Positions 46,285 through 58,669 of a stretch of 64,000 nt of DNA are shown here, piece after piece. The stretch is from contig NC_086098.1 in NCBI RefSeq assembly GCF_963921235.1, positions 242,668,001 to 242,732,000 of the forward strand. Reading direction: 5' to 3'. Source of the stretch: Mobula hypostoma. Taxonomy: Eukaryota. The notes under the pieces were generated by a model. It was not told the origin of the DNA. It saw only the letters and a list, made by a program, of their open reading frames with translations, and ran no database searches. The position numbers were made by a program, and so were the translations under genes. Every line of letters starts with the position of its first letter. Positions within the stretch are counted from its first letter, which is position 1.

Positions 46285-46990
46285 CTGTAGGACACAACAC
46301 AGAGGTCAGGGGGACAAGGTCTCACCTCCCACAACAACCCACCTGCCACACAGCCCCAGCACAAGGTAAAGGGTCTAAAACAGGGTCACGAGGCCATTCA
46401 GCCCTACTGGCCAATACTGTCACACTTTCCAGCTCCCCACTCGCACCTGACCCCAGGCAGGTGAATATATCCACCTATGTTGCTGCGTGAGTAGTGGGGA
46501 CGCCCCCATCTCCCGGACCAGGAAAAACTGGAAAACAGAGGGGGTGTGAGTGAGGGAGAGGGGAGGGGGCAGGGGGCGGGAGGGGGCAGGGGGCGGGAGA
46601 GGGGAGGGGGCATACAGGGGAGGGGTGCTTGGTGCAGGAGTGGGGGGGGCTCAGGATGCAGGAGAGGAGGGCGGGGTGCAGGGGAGGGGGCAGGGCACAG
46701 GAAAGGGGAGGGGCATACGGGGGAGGGGGGCAGGGCGCAGGACGCAGGAGCGGGGAGGGGCATACAGGGGAGGGGGTGCTTGGTGCAGGAGTGGGGGGCT
46801 CAGGATGCAGGAGAGGGGGACAGGATCAGGGGAGGGTGTGGGGTGTGTTGAGGGAGGTGTTTGGGTAAGGTTGGAGAAGAGAGTAGGGGAGGGAGGGAGC
46901 CGAGGATGAGCAGAGCAGGAGGGTGGCGAGGGGGGCCGTGGGCACGAGGGGCTGCAGGAGGCATCGGCCGTGAGAACGAGAGCCACTTAC

Positions 46991-47434
46991 TGCCAGCGTT
47001 CCAAACGGCGGACCCTTCACCCGCACCTTCCGATCCGCCGTCTCTCCGAGCAGCTTCCATCAGGGTGGGGAGGGCAGGGGCCAGGCCCAGGAGCTGCCCG
47101 AGGGGGGACGGCTCCTTGAGGAGGAGGCGGACAGGGGTGGGGGCGATCAGGGGGGAGGGGAGGCTCCATGCCCTGGGTCGGGTGGGGGGGCACGGTGAGC
47201 CGAGGCCTGGAGACAGGGCCAGGGACAGCGGAAGTCTCCCTCGCTGAGGGGGAGTGTACGCCCCGACCGGCGAGGGACGTCCAGGACACGGGCCGGCCTG
47301 AGGATCAGACTGTCCGTCCACAGCCGGGGGAAGGGGGACAGGGGAGAGGCTGGGCGTTGGGAACGACAGGCACAACAGGACGGGCTGGAGGGGAAGGGAC
47401 TGCGGGCGCTGGTGGACAGCGCACAGGGGGGAGG
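46991..47434 (-). CDS. RUSC1: RUSC1 exon (SPLCAVHQRPQSLPLQP...RPSPVGAYTP...RAWSLP...LMEAARRDGG...)
   Basis: The only nearby phase-1 acceptor I found (ctccctcatcag ending 47435); donor gtaagt at 46990; 444 nt open. Confidence 0.68.
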
Positions 47435-48289
47435 CTGATGAGGGAGAGGGAAGAGGGTGGGGGCGGGGGGAGGACAGTGAGAGGGCCAGAGACAGGGGAT
47501 GAAAGGAAGGGAGATTAGTTGGAGGTGAGGGGGAAAGGTGGTGGGGTGGGGGAGAAAGGAAGGGTAAAGAGATGAGATGATGAGGAGAGGATGGGGGAGA
47601 GGGGTAGACGGACGGGGAGTGTGGGGGGGGACGGTCGGGGAGAGTGGGGGGGATGGACGGGGAGAGTGGGGAAGTGGGATGGGGAGACAGATGGGGAAAT
47701 TGACAGGGAAGAAGGGGTCACGGACCAGGATAAGGATGGGGAGTGGGGGTAAGAAGGATATGGGGCATATGGACGTGGAGAAGGGGGAGATGGACGGTGA
47801 GGAAGGGGCCATGGACAGGGAGAAGTACAGGAAGTGTGGGGAGGGGAAGGGAGGAGGGGAGAGAGGGGGCAGAGAATGGCAAGGAAAGAAGAGTTAGTCC
47901 AAGAGTGGATCAGTGAGTTTGAGAGGGGAGCAAGAGAGAGAAGGGGGATAGTGCAGAAGGGAGTATGGGTCAGGGAGGCAAGGGTCGGGTAAAAAGGGAG
48001 TAGGAGGTGGAGATGGACAAGTTGGAGACGAAGGTTCACGTCACAGACGAAACGATGGAACAAATACACAGTCGACGTGAATTCGGGGAGAGGGAGGGGG
48101 GAGGGGCATTGGGAACAGCCGAAGCCGGGGGGAGTGGGAGGGAGAGAATGGAGAAGAGAATAACCATGAGTTAGTCACAACCAAGACACAATGAGACATT
48201 CAGAAACAATGAGAAAGACAGAGAGAGACCAGAGCCACGCCCTGAAATGGGGTAATAGTTACCGAGTGGTCACCAGGCTGTGGTGGGGA

Positions 48290-49740
48290 GCAGGAACCCT
48301 GCCTGATCTCTACATCGGGCTGCTGTTTACTGATTACAGCTCGTACCCTCAAGTTCTAATCAACAAGCTCTGAAACCTGGGTCTCTGCACCTCCCTCTGC
48401 GACTACGTACTTGTCTTCCTCATCAGGAGATCACAGTCCGTGTGGATTGGTTTAATAGCTCCTCCTTGTTGACAATCAACACCGGTGCACATCTAGGATG
48501 GCTGTGTGTTTAGTCCACTGCTCTCCTCTCTCTGCACCCACCACTGTGTGGCTGGGCACAGCTCAAACACCATCTATAAACCTGCCAGTGACACAACCAT
48601 CGTTGGCAGAATTTCAAATGGTGAGGAGAAGGTAGATAGATCAGCTGGCGGAGTGATGTGGGCACCAACCTGCCACTCAACATCAGCAACATCTAGGAAT
48701 TGATTGTACACTTCAGGAAGGGTTATACTTGATACTTTATTGTCACCAAACAATTGGTACTAGACCGTACAATCATCACAGCGATATTTGATTCTGCACT
48801 TCCTGCTCCCTGGATTACAAATATTAAATATTAAAAATAGTAAAAATTAGTAAATATTAAAAATTTAAATTATAAATCATAAATAGAAAATAGTAAAATG
48901 GAAAGTAAGGTAGTGCATAAAAACCGAGAGGCAGGTCCGGATATTTGGAGGGTACGGCCCAGATCCGGGTCAGGATCCGTTCAGCAGTCTTATCACAGTT
49001 GGAAAGAAGCTGTTCCCAAATCTGGCTGTATGAGTCTTCAAGCTCCTGAGCCTTCTCCCGGAGGGAAGAGGGACGAAAAGTGTGTTGGCTGGGTGGGTCG
49101 TGTCCTTGATTATCCTGGCAGCACTGCACCGACAGCGTGTGGTGTAAAGTGAGTCCACGGACAGAAGATTGGTTTGTGTGATGTGCTGCGCCGTGTTCAC
49201 GATCTTCTGCAGCTTATTCCGGTCTTGGACGGGACAACTTCCAACCAGGTTGTGATGCACCCTAGAAGAATGCTTTCTACGGTGCATCTATTAAAAATTA
49301 ATGAGGGTTTTAGGGGACAGGCCAAATTTCTTTAGTTTTCTCAGGAAGTAAAGGCACTGGTGGGCCTTCTTGGCAGTGAACTCTGCTTGGTTGGACCAAG
49401 TCAGGTTAAGTCGAGGAAACACACACCAGTCCTCATCGAGGGATCAGAAGTGGAAAGGGTGATCAATTTCACGTTCCTGGGTCTCAATGTCTCTGAGGAT
49501 CTATCCGGGCCCAACATATTGCGCAATTAGAAGGAAGGTATGACATTGGGTATATTTCATTAGGAGTTTGAAGAGAATTGTTATATCATGAAAGATACTC
49601 ACAAATTTCTACAGATGAACAGAGAAGAGAGCATTCTAACTGGTCGCATCAACGGAGGGGCCACTGCACAGGATCAGTAAAAGTTGCAGGAAGTTGTAAC
49701 CCATCACAGCCACTCGTCTCCCCAGCATCCAAGACAGCAA
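48290..49740. mobile_element. Degenerate Rex1/Babar LINE (plus) interrupted by a younger Rex 3' end (minus, about 48726-49403)
   Basis: The host sequence resumes after the insert; possible GGTTA duplication at 48721 and 49404. Confidence 0.75.
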
Positions 49741-50419
49741 GCAACCCTGGCTTAGTCCTCCCTCTCTAACCCCAGGGTCACCGGGTAATGACTATAAGCA
49801 GGAATGCTGGCTGGTTCCCCCTTCTCTCAAATCCTCTCTAGCTGCCCTGTCTAAATCCCCCCTTCCAAGCAACATTCCTCAAATACTCCCAGCTACTCTG
49901 CATTATATACAGCGGCTCCCCCAGAGTTCCCACCTCAGAATCAAGGAACAGAAAATTGGAGGGTTCTGTGGGAGGGAAGGGTTAGATTGATCTAGGAGCA
50001 GGTTAAAGGGTCAACACTAAATTGTGGGCTGAAGGGCCTGTGCTCTAAAATACTAACTGCTTTATTTTTCATATATTTATTTATTTATTCAGCAATTCAG
50101 CCCTTCTGGCCTAATGAGCCCACACTGCCCAATTAACCTATTAACTTGTATGTCTTTGGACTGTAGGAGGAAACCAGAGCACCCAGAGGAAACCCACATG
50201 GTCACCTGGAGAACATACAAACATGGGTGGGAATTGAACGCGGGTCGCATGCCCTGTGGTATGCCCATCGTGAACGCATATCTGACACGAAAACCCACCT
50301 TGACAGACACACACAACCACAGAAAAGAAAACCTGCTGGAACCTAATAAACAGCAAAGAAAAAGGCCCTTCAGCCCGAGACCATGCTGTCCCTCAACATT
50401 CTCTTTACATTGATCCCAA

Positions 50420-52575
50420 TATATTCGGTACCAGAGGTCCCAACACACGAGGCCACTGCTACACTACAATAAGGAATGCCTATCGTTACTTTCTGAGTCC
50501 GCGTTTTGGCAAATCTGACCACTTGGCTGTATTCCTGCTACCTACACACACACAGAGCCTAAAGCACAGGGCTCCAGGGATCAAGACAACTAAGAGGTGG
50601 TCACGGGAGGCTGAGGAACGGTTACAGGATTGCCGTGAGTCAGTGGACTGGGCCGCGTTCACGAACTCATCTGAGGATCCCAATGACCACACCAGGGTCG
50701 TAACGGACTTTATTAAAACAGCTGGTGGTGAGTGTGTCCCCACAGATTCCTTCAGGGTTTTCCCCAGTCAGAAACCCTGGATGAACAATGAAATCCAGAA
50801 GCTGCTGAGAGCCAGATCAGAGGCTTTCAAGTCCGGAGATCGGGAATGCTACAAGAGGTGCAGGTATGATCTCCGGATAGCCATGTCTTGGGCGAAGTGG
50901 AGATTCCAGACCAGGCTGGAATCAATGAGGGATGCTCGGCAGCTGGGGCAGGGTTTGAATCCTATAACCTTGCAACCTAGGGGACAGCAGATCTCCTCTT
51001 CCAGATGAGCTTGATGCCTTCTATGCTCGCTTTGATCACCAGAACAGGGAGGAACCATCACACACACTCCCATGTGTCCTTTGCTCTCAGTACCTGATGA
51101 CGACGTGCCGGCTGCCTTCAAGAGAGTGAATCCAAGGAAAGCATCCGGTCTGGATGGAGTACCTGGCCAAGTACTGAAGACCTGTGTGACCAACTGGCTG
51201 GTGTGTTCACGGATATCTTCAACCTCTCACTTCAGCAGCGTGCGCTACCCAGCTGCTTCAAGCAGGCTTCAATCGTACCGGTGTCCAAGAAGAGTGTGGT
51301 GACTATCGCCCAGTGGCACTTACGCCCACAGTGATGAAGTGTTTTGAGAGGCTGGCACATCAGCTCCTGTCTGAATGGAGACTTGGATCCGCTCCAATTT
51401 GCCTACCAAAGCAACAGATCTACGGCAGATGCTTTCTCGTTGGCCCTTCAAACAATCCTGGAACATCCGGACAGTAAAGATCTTTATCGATGCTCTCTAA
51501 TCGATTACAGCTCAGCATTTAATACCATCATCCCTTCAAACCCAATCAGCAAACTCCAAGACCTTGGCCTCAATACCCCCTTGTGCAGTTGGATCCTGAA
51601 TTTCCTCACTTGTAGACCCCAGTCAGTTCGGATTGGCGAAAACATCTCCTCCACAATCTCCGTCAGCACAGGAGGACCACAGGGTTGTGTGCTTAGCCCC
51701 TGCTCTACTCAGTTTACACCAATGACTGTGTGGCTAAGCTCAGCTCCAACACCATATACAAGTTTGCTAAGAACACCACTGCTCTGGGCTGTATTACGGG
51801 GGGGGGGGGTGATGAATCAGCATACAGCAGGGAGAGTGAAAATTCAGCTGAGTGGTGTCACAACCTCTCACTCAATGTCAATAAGACCAAGGAACTGATT
51901 GTGGACGTCAGGAGAGGGAAAACAGAGGTCCATGAGCCAGTTATTATCGGGGGATCAGAGGTGGAGAGGGTCAGTAACTTTAAATTCCTGGGTGTCACTG
52001 TCTCAGAGGAACCTGTCCTGGACCCATGATATAAATGTTATTGTCAAGAAAGGAATCTGCGGAGATTTGGCATGTCATCGAAAACCTTGGCAAACTTCTA
52101 TAGATGTGCGGTGGAAAGTGCGCTGACTGGCTTCATTACGGCTGGGTACGGGAACACCAATATCTTTGAGCAGAAAATCCTACCAAAGGTGCTGGATTCA
52201 GTCCAGTACCTCACAGGTAAAGCCCTCAGAACCATTGAGCACATCAGCATGAAATATTGCGGTAGAAAAGCACCACCCAGGCCATGCCCTCTTATTGCTG
52301 CTGCCAGCGGGAAGGTGGTACAGGAACCTCAGGTCTCACACCACCAGGTTCAGGAACAGTTACTACCCCTCAACCATCAGGCTCTTGAACAAAAGGGGGC
52401 AGCTACACTCATTTAAGGACTCTGTTACATTGTTATTTTGTGCTCGTTAATTATATCTGCATTTGTTCAGTTTACAGTTCCTGATGTTTACAATTTACAG
52501 ATTATGGTTTATAGATTTGCTAAATATGCCCACAGAAAAAGAATCTCAGGGTTGTATGTGGTGACATGTATGTAC
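50420..52575 (+). mobile_element. Degenerate Rex1/Babar LINE ORF remnant
   Basis: Frameshifted ORFs: [58 protein letters not shown]. Confidence 0.85.
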
Positions 52576-52599
52576 AGAGAAGGGGAGGGCAGAGGGGGT

Positions 52600-53478
52600 C
52601 ACAGAGATGGGGAGGGGTGTAGGGGATGGAGGGGGTCACAGAGACAGGGAGCGGTTTACAGAGGGGGAGGGGTACAGGGGATGAAAGGGGTTTCAGAGAC
52701 GAGGAGGGTTTACAGTGATGGGGACGGGGTTACAGAGGGGAGGCGTACAGGGGATGAAAGGGGTTTCAGAGACGGGGACGGGGTTACAGAGGGGAGAGGT
52801 ACAGGGGATGAAAGGGGTTTCAGAGACGGGGAAGGTTTACAGTGATGTGGACGGGGTTACAGAGGGGAGGCGTACAGGGGATGAAAAGCGTTTCAGGGAC
52901 GGGGACGGGGTTACAGAGGGGAGGCATACAGGGGATGAAAGGGGTTTCAGAGACGGGGAGGGTTTCAGGGACGGGGACGGGGTTACAAAGGGGAGAGGTA
53001 CAGGGGATGAAAGGAGTTTCAGAGATGGGGAGGGTTTACAGTGATGGGGATGGGGTTACAGAGGGGAGGCGTACAGGGGATGAAAGGGGTTTCAGAGACG
53101 GGGAGGGTTTCAGGGACGGGGACGGGGTTACAGAGGGGAGGGGTACAGGGGATGAAAGGGGTTTCAGAGACGGGGACGCGGTTACAGAGGGGAGGGGTAC
53201 AGGGGATGAAAGGGGTTTCAGAGACGGGGAGGGTTTACAGTGATGGGGACGGGGTTACACAGGGGAGAGGTACAGGGGATGAAAGAGGTTTCAGAGACGG
53301 GGACGGGGTTACAGAGGGGAGGGGTACAGGGGATACAAGGGGTTTCAGGGACAGGGTGACAGAGGGGAGAGGTACAGGGGATGAAAGGGGTTTCAGAGAC
53401 GGGGAGGGTTTCAGGGACGGGGACGGGGACACAGAGGGGAGAGGTACAGGGGATGAAAGGGGTTTCAGAGACGGGTAG
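52600..53478 (+). repeat. Complex G-rich minisatellite (48-66 bp variants of gggacggggttacagaggggagaggtacaggggatgaaaggggtttcagagac)
   Basis: Seen directly; a degenerate relative lies at 53980-54105. Confidence 0.92.
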
Positions 53479-54109
53479 ATAATTCACTTCCTGGTATTCT
53501 GTCGCTGACTGATACCGGCGCTGCCCGCAGCAACCTCTCTCAGCAAGGCCCCACCTCTCACTCACCTCCCACACACGGCCGGAATTCGGCCCGGAACCCG
53601 CTCCCTCCTGCCCAGCCGATGTGTTCAGCCGGGGGTGTGGAGGCCGGGTTCCTGGCTCCCTGCAGCCATGTCTGAGCCCCGGGAGTCGGGAGCCGGGAGC
53701 CGGGACCAGGAAGCGGCAGGAACGCGATCCAACGGGCCCGGGCCCCTCCCGCTCGCATCAGTACGCTGTTAACCCCTGCACCACCACAGCCCTGTCATCA
53801 CAATGGTTCTGTCCTTCTGTGAGAGAACACACAACTCACACCTACTCAGACCACAAGTCCACCCAGCCAGCCTGGTTCTGCACAGCGCAGTACCGACCCT
53901 TCGGCCCACAATCATGTGCTAACCATTTAACCTCCTCCAAGATCAATCTAACCCTTCCCTCCCGAATAGCGCATACAGAGGTGAGGGTTTGACACGGACG
54001 GGGAGGGTCTGATGCTGACTGTAAGGGTTTTACAGGGACGGGGAGGGTTTTACAGGGAATACAAGGGGTTTCAGAAGTGGGTAAATAATTCATTTCCTGG
54101 TATATTTGT

Positions 54110-55730
54110 GACACATTTCTCTAGCATTGATGTACCTGTCTGAGAGTCTCTTAAATGTCACCCCTGACAGCACAGACCACGCACCCACCACTCTCTGTAA
54201 AAAAAAAACTTACTTCTGACATCTCCCCTACACTTTCATCTAACCACCTTAAAATTATGCTCTCTTGTATTAGCCACTTCCACCCTGGGGGAGAAAGTCT
54301 CTGGCTGTCCACTCAATCAATGCCTCTTATCATCCAGTACACAAGTCACCTCTCACCCTCCGTTCCAAAGGGAAAAGCCCCAGCTCGCTCAACCTTCCCT
54401 CATAAGACACGCTCTCTAATCCAGGCAGCATCCTGGTAAATCTTCTCAGCACCCTCTCCAAAGCTTCCACATCTTCTCCACAATAGGGCAACCAGAACTG
54501 AACACGATACCCCAAGTGGGTTCTAACCAGGGTTTTATAAGCTGCCACATTACCTCACAGCTCTGGAACTCAGTTCTTCTACCATTCGACCATGACTGAT
54601 TTATTTTACCTCTCAACCCCATTCCCTTGTCACCTTTAGTCCTCAATAATCAAGGACTGGTTAGCATGAAACTCTGGTTAGGCCACACTTGGAGTACTGT
54701 GTCCAGTTCTGGTCGCCTCACTATAGGAAGGATGTGGAAGCATTGGAAAGGGTACAGAGGAGATTTACCAGGATGCTGCCTGGTTTAGAGAGTATGGATT
54801 ATGATCAGAGATTAAGGGAGCTAGGGCTTTACTCTTTGGAGAGAAGGAGGATGAGAGGAGACATGATAGAGATGTACAAGATAATAAGAGGAATAGATAG
54901 AGTGGATAGCCAGCACCTCTTCCCCAGGGCACCACTGCTCAATACAAGAGGATGTGGCTTTAAGGTAAGGGGTGGGAAGTTCAAGGGGGATATTAGAGGA
55001 AGGTTTTTTACTCAGAGAGTGGTTGGTGCGTGGAATGCACTGCCTGAGTCAGTGGTGGAGGCAGATACACTCGTGAAATTTAAAAGACTACTAGACAGGT
55101 ATATGGAGGAATTTAAAGTGGGGGGGTTATATGGGAGGTAGGGTTTGGGGGTCAGCACAATATTGTGGCCAAAGGGCCTGTAATGTGCTGCACTATTCCA
55201 TGTCCTATTACAGCTTGGGCACTCAAGTCAATTCCGACGCCATTCTGTAAGGAATCTCTTTACTTGCTCTCCATGGAACGTTCGAATATTCTCCAAGTCC
55301 ACCAGTTTCCCCCTACAGTGCAAAGACAGACCAGGTAGGTTAACTGGGCATTGAAAACTGTCCCGTGATTAGGTTATTGTTAATCGGGTTTGTCAGGCGT
55401 TTCTGGGGTGGTGTGGCTCAAAGGGTCGACTCCTCTCTCGATTACTAAATAGATAAATACACCTGTGCTTTAAATACACCCAGTGACTTGGCTCCCACAG
55501 CTCTGTGGCAATGAATTCCACAGATTCACCATGCTCAGGCTAAACAAATTCCTCCTCATCTCTGTTCTAAGGTTGTGCTTTCTGGTCTAGACTCCCCCAC
55601 TGTGGGAAACATCCTCTCCACATCCACTCCGTCTAGGCCTTTCAATATTCGATAAGTTTCAATGAAATCCCCTCGCTCCCCCCCCCCCATTCTTCTAAAC
55701 TCCAGTGAGTACAGACCCAGGGTCATCAAA
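54110..55730. mobile_element. CR1 3' fragments in alternating orientation (minus 54110-54600, plus 54660-55200, minus 55460-55730)
   Basis: ORFs 54330-54548 (minus) and 54689-55141 (plus) carry the same CR1 C-terminal motifs. Confidence 0.85.
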
Positions 55731-56369
55731 CTTTTTTAAAGTTCCAAAATGAACTTTACAAGAATAAGCCGTGCAATGCCTTTTCATTTTTACATTCAGT
55801 CACCATTTTCAGTACCGTTCTGTTACATTCATGAAAACCAGCTGCACTTTGCCATTCGTCTGTCCCCCTGAGGTGGGTACACTTCTACAGTAACTGACGG
55901 CCATCAGATGCAGCTCGCACCCTTTCATTCCCAAGATCATTCTCCTGAAACCCCGTCTGGACCTTCTCCAATGCCAGCCCATCCTTTCTAAGATAAGGAG
56001 CCAAATTTCTCACCACCCTCCAAATGCTGTCTGACCAATGCCGCCCTCATGCCTCAGCGTTCCATCCTGGCTGTTATACCAAACACCAACCGAAGTGCAT
56101 CATGGTGCAATCACTGGGGAGTCGGAGGTCTATTTCAGTGTCCTCTGCAAGCAGTTTGTACATTCTCCCCATGACCGCGCGTGTTTTCCTCCCCCAGTCC
56201 AAAGATGTACTGGTTAGTAGGTTAACTGGTCATGGTAAACTGTAGTGTGATCAGGCTGGTGCTAAACAGGTGGGTTGCTGGCCAGTGCTGGAACTTGCAT
56301 CCACTGAAGGTCAAAGAGACCGTAGGAGGCACGTCAACTCATCCAACGCTAGCAGGGAGTTTTGACAAT

Positions 56370-57230
56370 CATACTCTTAGTTCTGATCAACAAGCTCGAA
56401 AACCTGGGCCTCTGTGCCTCCCTCTCCAATGGGTACTTGACTTCCTCACCAGGAGACCACAGTCGGGAATAACGTCTCCTCCCCGCTGACAACCAACACT
56501 GGCTCACCTCAAGGATGTGGGTTTAGCCCACTGCTCTACTCCCTCTGCACCCACAATTGTGTGGATAGGCACAGCTCAAACACCATCAACAACCTTGCCA
56601 ACAACACAAGTTCCTCGGTGTTAACATCGATCAACATCTGTCTTGGATGCAATAACAAAGCAGGCACGACAGAGAGCTGCATTTCATCAGGAGTTTGAGG
56701 AGATGAGGTTTGTCACCAAAGACTCCTGCAAACGTTTACGTTTACAGTTGCAACGTGGAGAGCATTCTGACTGGTTGCATCACGGTCTGGGATGGAGGGG
56801 CCACTGCACAGGATTGGAAAAAGCTGCACAAAGTTGTAACCTCAGCCAGCCCCATCATGGGTAATAGACTCCCCAGCGTCGAGGACATCTTCAAAAGGCG
56901 GAATTCGTCACGAAGGACCCACACAACCCAGAACGTGCCCTCTTCTCATTGCTGCCATCAGGGAGGAGGTACAGAAGCCTGAAGACACACGCTCAGTGAT
57001 TCAGGAACGGCTTCTTCCCCTCCACCATCAGATTTCTGAACGGGCAATGAACCCACGAACACTACCTCACTATTTTTTCCTCTCTCTTTTTACACTACTT
57101 TTTAAAATTTAATTTTACATAACTTTTATTTATTGTAACTTACAGTTTCTATAATGTATTGCAATATACAGCTGCTGCAAGACAACAAATTTCACAACAT
57201 ACGTCAGTGATATTAAACCTGATTCTGAAA
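56370..57230 (+). mobile_element. Degenerate Rex1/Babar fragment
   Basis: VESILTGCITVW motif and the family 3' tail. Confidence 0.7.
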
Positions 57231-57664
57231 CTGGGGAGGAGTAGGCCACTCGGCCCCTCGACGCTATCCTGCCGGTCAGTATAATCCCGGTTGACCTGCC
57301 CCAGTTCTCATCTGCTCTTCCGTATCTGTTCCCCAACTACACACGCCAGTGATACTAAACCCAAGTCTGATTCTGTTCAACTGGAGTTAATGACAAGACT
57401 TGAAATGATAAAGCCCCAAACCACAGAAACGGGTCCTTTGGCCAAGCCAGATTATTAGTCTGCTTAGTCCCACACCTCTCCCACCCTGTACCTATCCAAA
57501 TTTCTCTTAACTGTTGCGATCAAGCCCACTCCCCTCACTTCCACTGGCAGCTTATTCCACACTCTTCACCACCCTCTGAGTGAGGGAGTTTCCCCTCATG
57601 TTCCCCTTAAACACTTCATCTTTCACCCTCAACCCATGTTCTAAGTCCCACCCAACCTCAGTGG

Positions 57665-58330
57665 AAAGACAATAGACAATAGGAGCAGGAGTAGGCCATT
57701 CAGCCCTTCGAGCCAGCACCGCCATTCACTGTGATCATGGCTGATCATCCACAATCAGTATCCACTTCCTGCTCGATCCTCATAACGTTTGATTCCACTA
57801 TCTTTAAGAGCTCTATCCATCTCTTTTTTGAAAGCATCCAGAGACTTGGCCTCCACAGCCTTCTGGGGCAGAGCATTCCATATATCCACCACTCTCTGGG
57901 TGAAAAAGTTTTTCCTCAACTCCGTTCTAAATGGCCTACCCCTAATTCTTAAACTGTGGCCTCTGGTTCTGGACTCACCCATCAGCGGGAACATGCTTCC
58001 TGCCTGCAGCGTGTCCAATCCCTCAATAATCTTATATGTTTCAATAAGATCCCCTCTCAGCCTTCTAAATTCCAGAGTATACAAGCCCAGTCGCTCCAAT
58101 CTTTCGATATACGACAGTCCCGCCATCCCGGGAATTAACCTTCTGAACCTTCGCTGCACTCCCTCAATAGCAAGAATATCCTTCCTCAAATTTGGAGACC
58201 AAAACTGCACACAGTACTCCAGGTGTGGTCTCACCAGGGCCCTGTACAGCTGCAGAAGGACCTCTTTGCTCTTATACTCAATTCCCCTTGTTATGAAGGC
58301 CAGCATGCCATTAGCTTTCTTCACTGCTTG
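57665..58330 (-). mobile_element. CR1 3' fragment nested in an older CR1
   Basis: ORF 57755-58333 (RPHLEYCVQFWSP...FFTQRVV); (CTATTGT)n tail. Confidence 0.88.
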
Positions 58331-58669
58331 CATTTACCCTATCTCTATACCCCTCATGGTTCTGTATACCCCTGTCAAATTTCCCCTCATTCTCCTGCAG
58401 TCCAGGGACGAAAATCCTCGCCTATTCACCCTTTCCCTGTAACTCAAGCCCTGGCAACATCCTATAGATTTTCCCTGCATTCTTTCACTCTTGCTGACAT
58501 CTTTCCTGTGGATAGGTGAACAGAACAGCACTCAGTGCTCCAAATTAGGCCTCACCAATGCCAGGCTCAACATCCTGTGGGGAGTGCTCTGACTTACGGA
58601 GGCCAATGTGCCAAAAGCTCTGCGACCCTATTTATGGCACAGGATCAGAATCGGGTCTGTTCCACTTAC

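Noticed and set aside
46475-46527. Possible 53-nt RUSC1 exon
   Set aside because: Has an in-frame TAG in the required phase and a weak donor; the model closes without it.
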